Position numbers and translations under genes: made by a program. Source: Takakia lepidozioides (Eukaryota; Plantae; Bryophyta). From it: a DNA stretch of 15,173 nt. Positions 9,190 to 15,173 of the stretch are shown here, piece after piece; within the stretch, counting starts at the first letter, position 1, and the number at the start of each line of letters is the position of its first letter. The stretch is from the NCBI GenBank assembly GCA_030704615.1, contig JAKLZA010000203.1:1-15173 (forward strand), written 5' to 3'. The notes beneath the pieces were generated by a model, which ran no database searches, was not told the origin of the DNA, and worked only from the letters and a program-made list of their open reading frames with translations.

Positions 9190-9700
9190 GTTTTCCTACG
9201 CTGACCAAAACTTTCGATTCACAACGGAATCCCCAATTTGATAGCCCGCAATTCTGGAAAGGGGATCCACCACAAAAAAATTGAGGTCAACAAGGGTAGC
9301 AGTAACCCAAAGGCTGCGGTCGATGCATCAGAAGGATGCAAGAATGACATGCACTGAACTTCGGAGATAACCACGCTGAGAGACACCAACTAGAAAAACT
9401 GTTTTCAAATAAAGAAGGCCACAAGAAGCCGTGCTGTTTTTGGATGAAAAACAAACCCTGAACATGACATGAAACCATCCTTTATGGAAAGACGGCAAAA
9501 ACCCTGGAGAGCAGTAAACAGGAAGACCCCGAATGTAATGAGGTCGTGCCGTGCCAGAAGAGCACAGCACAAACACTGACACTCCAAGAGTCACCTCGCA
9601 CGGATGTGTGCAACACAAGATCATTTCCGACACAACCCTTTATACCGAATGACCCCATGGCGACGATGACGGCAAAATGCACAGCACAGGGCAGGCAGTA
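9190..9700. promoter_or_regulatory. Putative shared (bidirectional) promoter/5'UTR region between transposase B and the ParB-like gene
   Basis: Inferred from position between divergent genes. T-rich on the - strand, with a possible 3' splice site (ttttggtcag, 9210-9201) just before transposase ATG 9189. Confidence 0.3.
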
Positions 9701-9736
9701 CGAAACACGTGGATGCATATGTGAAGCACAACATTT

Positions 9737-12700
9737 ATGGGGAATCTGCAAGAACTACTCCAAATTGAACTAGCATTAGATTTGTGCGGCACTTCCGAAT
9801 TTGAAACCATTCCAGAAGGCCGCCATATATTGGCAGGCGGCGAAGTACATCTGACATATATCACAAGTACATGCAACGTATGCACATATTTTCTGGCACT
9901 TTATTTCTTGAATAATACAAAGACGCCGAAATGGATGAATTCCGTTCGCACACAATAACAACACCCGCATCCAAATACGGTTGACAATGTCCTATTTTGA
10001 TTTTGGTTACATGCAATAGCAACCCTTGTTGCAAACGTCAAACTGGAGAGCTCTAGAGGCATCGTGGGGAGCCCTTGTTTCCAGCGGAGGAGGAAGAGAA
10101 GGAAATCATTGTACTTCACGAGCTCTAGAAACAGGAATAGAGCCAGATATAGAATGAGGATGGAAAGAGTGGCCGAAGAGGAAAAGGCGGAAGAAGAGGG
10201 CAAAGAGACAAGTTCGGCGATGGAAGAGCAGGAATCCGGGGAAGACCAGCAGCCTGCCATAGTTCCAAGAACAGATGAGGAGGACACTGCATCCGAGGGA
10301 GAGGCAGACGCCGAAGATGATGTTGACGCTGGCCTCACGAAGAACCTAATAGTGGAAGAGAGGATGGGGGAGATGCTCCAGAACACGAGAGGCGTGGAGA
10401 GCAGTCCGAAGCGCAAAGGGTCCCCGGCGATTGGGGAGTCTTCTGGAGCAGCCAAAAAAAAGGTTCAATCTTTGGAACCCATCTTTGTGCTTCATTGCTG
10501 ATGTGAACCCAAGTTGAGATTCTATGTCGATATGAACATAGACTGCACACGGCATCTCTGCAGGTTGCATCAACCGCGAACAAGAAGCTCAAAAAGTGTA
10601 GCCAAAACGGCCAAATTGGGCACTGTTTGAGCACACCTTGTCTTTGTTTTTCCCCTGTGAAATTCGGCAATACAGGGCAGGTCTCGGAGGTTCAATCATC
10701 AGTTGCATGGCAGCTCAAACAGTGTGCGTTGCCGCACACTGTTTGAGCTGCCATGTCATTGCACTTGTCATCTGAAAATTGGCCACATAGGGTTTCGAAT
10801 TAGTGGTTGAATCATCACTATCCTGGCAGCTCAAACAGTGTGCGTTGGCGCACACTGTTTGAGCTGCCCTTATCATTGCTTTTTCATTTGAGAATGGGCC
10901 ACATAGGGCATGTCTCTGAGGACAGATGAACACTTATCTGGCAGCTCAAACAGTGTGCGTTGCCGCACACTGTTTGAGCACACCTTGTCTTTGTTTTTCC
11001 ACTGTGAAATTCGGCAATACAGGGCAGGTCTCGGAGGTTCAATCATCAGTTGCATGGCAGCTCAAACAGTGTGCGTTGCCGCACACTGTTTGAGCTGCCA
11101 TGTCATTGCACTTGTCATCTGAAAATTGGCCACATAGGGTTCGAATAAGTGGTTGAATCATCACTATCCTGGCAGCTCAAACAGTGTGCGTTGGCGCACA
11201 CTGTTTGAGCTGCCCTTATCATTGCTTTTTTCATTTGAGAATGGGCCACATAGGGCATGTCTTGAGGACAGATGAACACTTATCTGGCAGCTCAAACAGT
11301 GTGCGTTGCCGCACACTGTTTGAGCACACCTTGTCTTTGTTTTTCCACTGTGAAATTCGGCAATACAGGGCAGGTCTCGGAGGTTCAATCATCAGTTGCA
11401 TGGCAGCTCAAACAGTGTGCGTTGCCGCACACTGTTTGAGCTGCCATGTCATTGCACTTGTCATCTGAAAATTGGCCACATAGGGTTCGAATTAGTGGTT
11501 GAATCATCACTATCCTGGCAGCTCAAACAGTGTGCGGCAACGCACACTGTTTGAGCACACCTTGTCTTTGTTTTTCCACTGTGAAATTCGGCAATACAGG
11601 GCAGGTCTCGGAGGTTCAATCATCAGTTGCATGGCAGCTCAAACAGTGTGCGTCAACGCACACTGTTTGAGCTGCCATGTCATTGCACTTGTCATCTGAA
11701 AATTGGCCACATAGGGTTCGAATTCGTGGTTGAATCATCACTATCCTGGCAGCTCAAACAGTGTGCGTTGGCGCACACTGTTTGAGCTGCCCTTATCATT
11801 GCCTTTCTCATTTGAGAATGGGCCGCATAGGGCATATGTCTCTGAGGACAGATGAACACTTATCTGGCAGCTCAAACAGTGTGCGTTGCCGCACACTGTT
11901 TGAGCACACCTTGTCTTTGTTTTTCCACTGTGAAATTCGGCAATACAGGGCAGGTCTCGGAGGTTCAATCATCAGTTGCATGGCAGCTCAAACAGTGTGC
12001 GTCAACGCACACTGTTTGAGCTGCCATGTCATTGCACTTGTCATCTGAAAATTGGCCACATAGGGTTCGAATTAGTGGTTGAATCATCACTATCCTGGCA
12101 GCTCAAACAGTGTGCGTTGGCGCACACTGTTTGAGCTGCCCTTATCATTGCCTTTTTCATTTGAGAATGGGCCACATAGGGCATGTCTCTGAGGACCGAT
12201 AAACACTTATCTGGCAGCTCAAACAGTGTTCTTTCAACACTTACGGTTCAATGAACACTTACCTTGCACCTCAAACAGTGTGCGTCAACGCACACTGTTT
12301 GAGCTCACCTTTTCTACCACAGATGGCCTGTTTGCCATGCTCAAACACCCTCGTCTAATGCCTCACTCTTATGTCAATTTGAATGGACAACCCTGCAGGA
12401 GAAGATGCAAAGTGTGGCGGAGGAGATCCCTTCGGGACTGGGGAAGGATATCATTGTTGATGTTGACGATGAGTTCTATGAAAGCAAAGCCGCTGAGATG
12501 CTGGGGGGTCAGAAGGTAAACTCTCAGCTTGTGGTGCAAAGTATGCTTGCCCCGGGTGGGAGGTTGAAGATTCCCCTGTGTAGGATGGTTTCCATGCCCG
12601 TCGTTCGACCACCCCTCATCAAGGACATTCTCAAGCTAGAGGCCGAGTTTGTTCATGGGTATTTGGATGGATCCGCGGTGTTTTACGTTTGTACAAAGGA

Positions 12701-15173
12701 TTCCACTGGCAATGAGCTCCTTGTGGATGAGTCAATCGTGGACTCCTGGGATCCTATTTGGAGACAGGTGAACGAATCCTTCGAACTTCTTCTCTCCAGG
12801 AAACCTTCCACCCAGGCATTCTCGGGGAAGATGTTTCACGTTTGGGATGGGAACCACCGATTGCTTGCATGGATGGCTGTTATTGGGAGGCTGCACTCAC
12901 AGGAGGAAGAGTGGCATTACTCTGTTCGATCGATGGTGCTGGATTGTGAGGGGAACATGATGAGTCTTCTGACGGCAATGAATGATGTGAACAGGTTGGT
13001 TTCTCATTCTACCTGTTCCACTTGCAGTTCCTTGGTTCTTTGATTAAAGTCCTTGAATTTCATTCTGACTTTCAGATATCATTCTGCAGAGGAACGGAGA
13101 CATCGCATGTCAAAACGAGTCTGGTTCACACACTGTATAGGATACAAAGGATCGGGCAGATGCCCTTGACCAACTTCAAGACCATCCTTTCAGCGGAGAC
13201 GTACAAGAAGTGCGAAAGCTCCAAGACATCGGAAACGTGGTACTCGTTGACACGCGAGGCTTTCATGGAGTACATGTACACGGTGAGATACATCTTCCTT
13301 CATCTGCCCTTTCCATAGTCCTGCTTCCACATGTTTGTTTCTGTTTGTTTCCCTTGCCCTTCGGTTCATGCAACTCTCGTGCATTCCCTTGCAGCAAGAC
13401 ATTGCAGATGCAGGGGAGCGTGGCAAACTGGAATACTACAGGTCAACCCCTGAGGAGAGAAGGACAGCAAAGGGGGTTGAGACTCACATCCAAAAAGAGA
13501 TGACCGCTACAAGAAGGACTATAATGAGTGCTTTTGTGAAGCAGTTGAGAATTGCCGACCCATCATTCGGAGCGCAGTTTCTCTTGGAGATAAAAAACCA
13601 TTATAACAAGCCAGGCAAGCCAGAGATGGCCCAGGAGAAGTTACACAGGTTGTCTACCGCCGTTGTGTCTTCAGAACAGAAGGTGAAGTGGCTACAGATA
13701 TGGAACTCCGATCCCACAGTTAGGGATACACACATGTTCCCCAGGCCGGAGAAAGAGAAGAAGACCCAGCGTGTCATTCCAGTCAGTGACAATGTGCTGG
13801 ACACATGGCTTCACAAGGCCACTTACTGGAGCCAGGTGTGTTGTCCTTTCCTGTGTCACTTTCTTTTCTCTTTTCCTGTCCTTCTCTTTCCATTGCCTCT
13901 CACATTCGCAGTGATTTTTTGGGTTCATTCTTGCATTTGAATTGTTTTGCAGTTGGAAGAAAGGGCACGGTCGGTTCTGCATACTCAGCTGGCTGACTAT
14001 GGCATCACTATGACAGCACCGAAGGTCTCCTTCGAAGCATACATGAGGAAATGGAGAGCCACAGTGTGGCACTCTTGTTTCTTTAGAGAGTTCAGCAAGG
14101 AGGGTGGCATCAGTCGAACACATGACCTTGACCAGCAAGAAAAAGGAGAGGAAGCCTGGAAACGATGCCTTTACAGGTGCACTCCCTGGGCAGTTCAGTT
14201 TACTTGGTGTCCTGTGGTTGCAATGTACTGTGACGCATACAGTTTAAGGGGAATGTGATGGAAAAACTGAGAGACAATATTTGCATTGCATAATGAGGCT
14301 GTCTTTGTTCCTGCAGGTACATAAAGTTTGTTCTCATGGAAGAGAATTGTTTGGACAAACATCCAGATTTCGTGGACCTCTGGCTTGTCCCTGCTGGAAA
14401 TCAGACTATGTTTACTACTGGGATCTTGCATGACTGGGGCCCAGACCATCTATCTTCTTGTGGTTGGTATTTGGATTGCCCTCCTTCTGAGACCCCAGCT
14501 CCGGAGGTGTCTTTGAGGAGAGAGAATGAGCGAATTGCAGCCACTGCCGCAACAGCCGACCTCGACATTCATGAGCGAAATTTGAGGACTCTTGCAGAGA
14601 AGGAGCCTCCCGCTCAGGATACCCCGGGTAGAGGTAGAAAGGCAAAGGGGAAAGATGTTGCTGGTGTTGTGGGGAAAGGAAGGGGTAGAGGGAAGGTGGC
14701 ACAAGGGCAGGGAAGTGTTGCAGATATTGGCCCAGTGGTGCATGTCCAGCAGACTCCACCGCATGGTAGGGGATCCGTGAGAAAGAACAAGGGGGTGGTT
14801 GATCCCAAGGACCCGTACCATGCAGTGGAACATCCGACGAGGGTCATTCGCCCTACCAGGTTGGAGATGGCCAACGTCGGATTCCTTGCCATGATGGAGT
14901 CGAAGAAATCTGATTACAAGGGCGAGCCATCACCAGTGTGGGAGAGGATTGTACAGTTCCTCGGCACGGTGCGTGTTCTCTTTTGCATGTTCTCTGCAGT
15001 GGGCATGGATCGTTTCAATCCTCTTGAGTATTCCATTGTAATTTTGTTTGCAGGCTAAAATGACCAAATCCTGGGTGAACGGGAAGGAGAAGCAATATGC
15101 AGCCGAACTCATAATCTTGGACATCCCTGATGGGTTGGCAGTCCCGGATGTCCCTCCATCGGGTGCTTGTCCG
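9737..15173 (+). CDS. Multi-exon ParB/Srx-like domain protein with a probable C-terminal amino-methyltransferase-like domain (3'-incomplete; about 845 aa from ATG 10154 to the window edge)
   Basis: Well-supported, phase-consistent exons: 12399-12994, 13090-13282, 13395-13835, 13953-14176, 14317-14968 and 15054 to beyond 15173 (GT-AG introns 12995-13089 ph2, 13283-13394 ph0, 13836-13952 ph0, 14177-14316 ph2, 14969-15053 ph0; no stops or frameshifts). Probable upstream exon 10085 (or ATG 10154) to 10462 via phase-0 intron 10463-12398. Possible exon 9737-9877 via intron 9878-10084; the start is uncertain. ParB-like motifs: VSMPVVRPP, FVHGYLDGSAVFYV, FHVWDGNHRLLAW (WDGNHR at 12843-12860), AMNDVNR. 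The last exon reads AKMTKSWVNGKEKQYAAELIILDIPDGLAVPDVPPSGACP. Confidence 0.8.
10621..12303. repeat. Palindromic hairpin array 2: ~116-bp monomers in a ~347-bp three-monomer higher-order repeat
   Basis: Hairpin ggcagctcaaacagtgtgcg-N4-cgcacactgtttgagc(tgcc) starting at 10709, 10825, 10940, 11056, 11171, 11286, 11402, 11517, 11633, 11748, 11866, 11982, 12097 and 12270 (shorter arms), plus half-sites at 10621 and 12213. Three related linkers occur in the order C-A-B-C-A-B-C-A-C-A-B-C-A-B. Confidence 0.98.

Larger units (their letters stand above)
5628..15173. mobile_element. Probable large Mutator-like element B (transposase, divergent ParB-MTase-like gene, internal palindrome array); ends not identified
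   Basis: Head-to-head transposase and accessory gene about 500 bp apart, with the layout mirrored by gene X/copy A at the left. No TIR or TSD found in the window, so the boundaries are provisional. Confidence 0.55.

Noticed and set aside
9453-9506. Plant telomere-like AAACCCT motifs
   Set aside because: Only isolated single copies (also one near 85); not a telomeric array.
9901-10455. 184-aa Ser-rich ORF on -
   Set aside because: Antisense shadow of the Glu/Arg-rich + strand exon.
10715-12230. Repeated ORFs (AQTVCVAAHCLSC, SSNSVRQRTLFE)
   Set aside because: They are translations of the hairpin array, their frames are broken by unit indels, and they lie within the probable intron.
10621-12303. 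CRISPR array
   Set aside because: The 'spacers' are ~70 bp, recur in A/B/C order and are homologous to each other. No cas genes are present and the context is spliced eukaryotic genes.
1-15173. Terminal inverted repeats and target-site duplications
   Set aside because: No convincing TIR pair or 8-11-bp TSD was seen by eye. The outer ends probably lie outside the window, or the family lacks TIRs.
12399-15173. Bacterial or plasmid contamination carrying a parAB locus
   Set aside because: Five phase-consistent spliceosomal introns interrupt the ParB-like gene, and there is no ParA Walker-A ATPase in the window.

Overview
Eukaryotic, intron-containing DNA of about 50% GC. The GT..(Y)CAG introns of 85-140 bp suggest a plant-like host, possibly a non-seed plant (inference only). 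The window looks almost entirely transposon-derived. It holds two diverged Mutator-like (MULE) DDE transposase genes facing tail-to-tail. One is a 5'-truncated copy on + (~2992-4660). The other is a full-length ~1140-aa copy on - (9189-5628) with a GCM-like N-terminal Zn domain, an intact D-D-CxxH-E core and a C-terminal SWIM finger. Divergent from the full-length transposase is a multi-exon gene (~9700 to beyond 15173) encoding a ParB/Sulfiredoxin-like domain (WDGNHR) and, at the window edge, what looks like the start of an amino-(N6A/N4C) DNA methyltransferase fold (ELIILDIPDG). A frameshifted gene at the left edge (-) resembles the 5' part of that gene, giving a mirror layout: geneX <- array -> TPase | TPase <- -> ParB-MTase-like gene. 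There are three arrays of palindromic motifs. Two are built on GAAATTCGGCGCCGAATTTC and flank the + transposase. The third has 14 hairpins of up to 44-50 bp inside a probable 1.9-kb intron of the ParB gene. Motif spacings cluster near whole multiples of ~10.5 bp. Lead hypothesis: a MULE family carrying a prokaryote-like ParB-methyltransferase accessory gene plus family-specific, helically phased palindromic binding arrays (parS-like, or VANC-like anti-silencing). All family calls come from motifs recognised by eye; no search was run.
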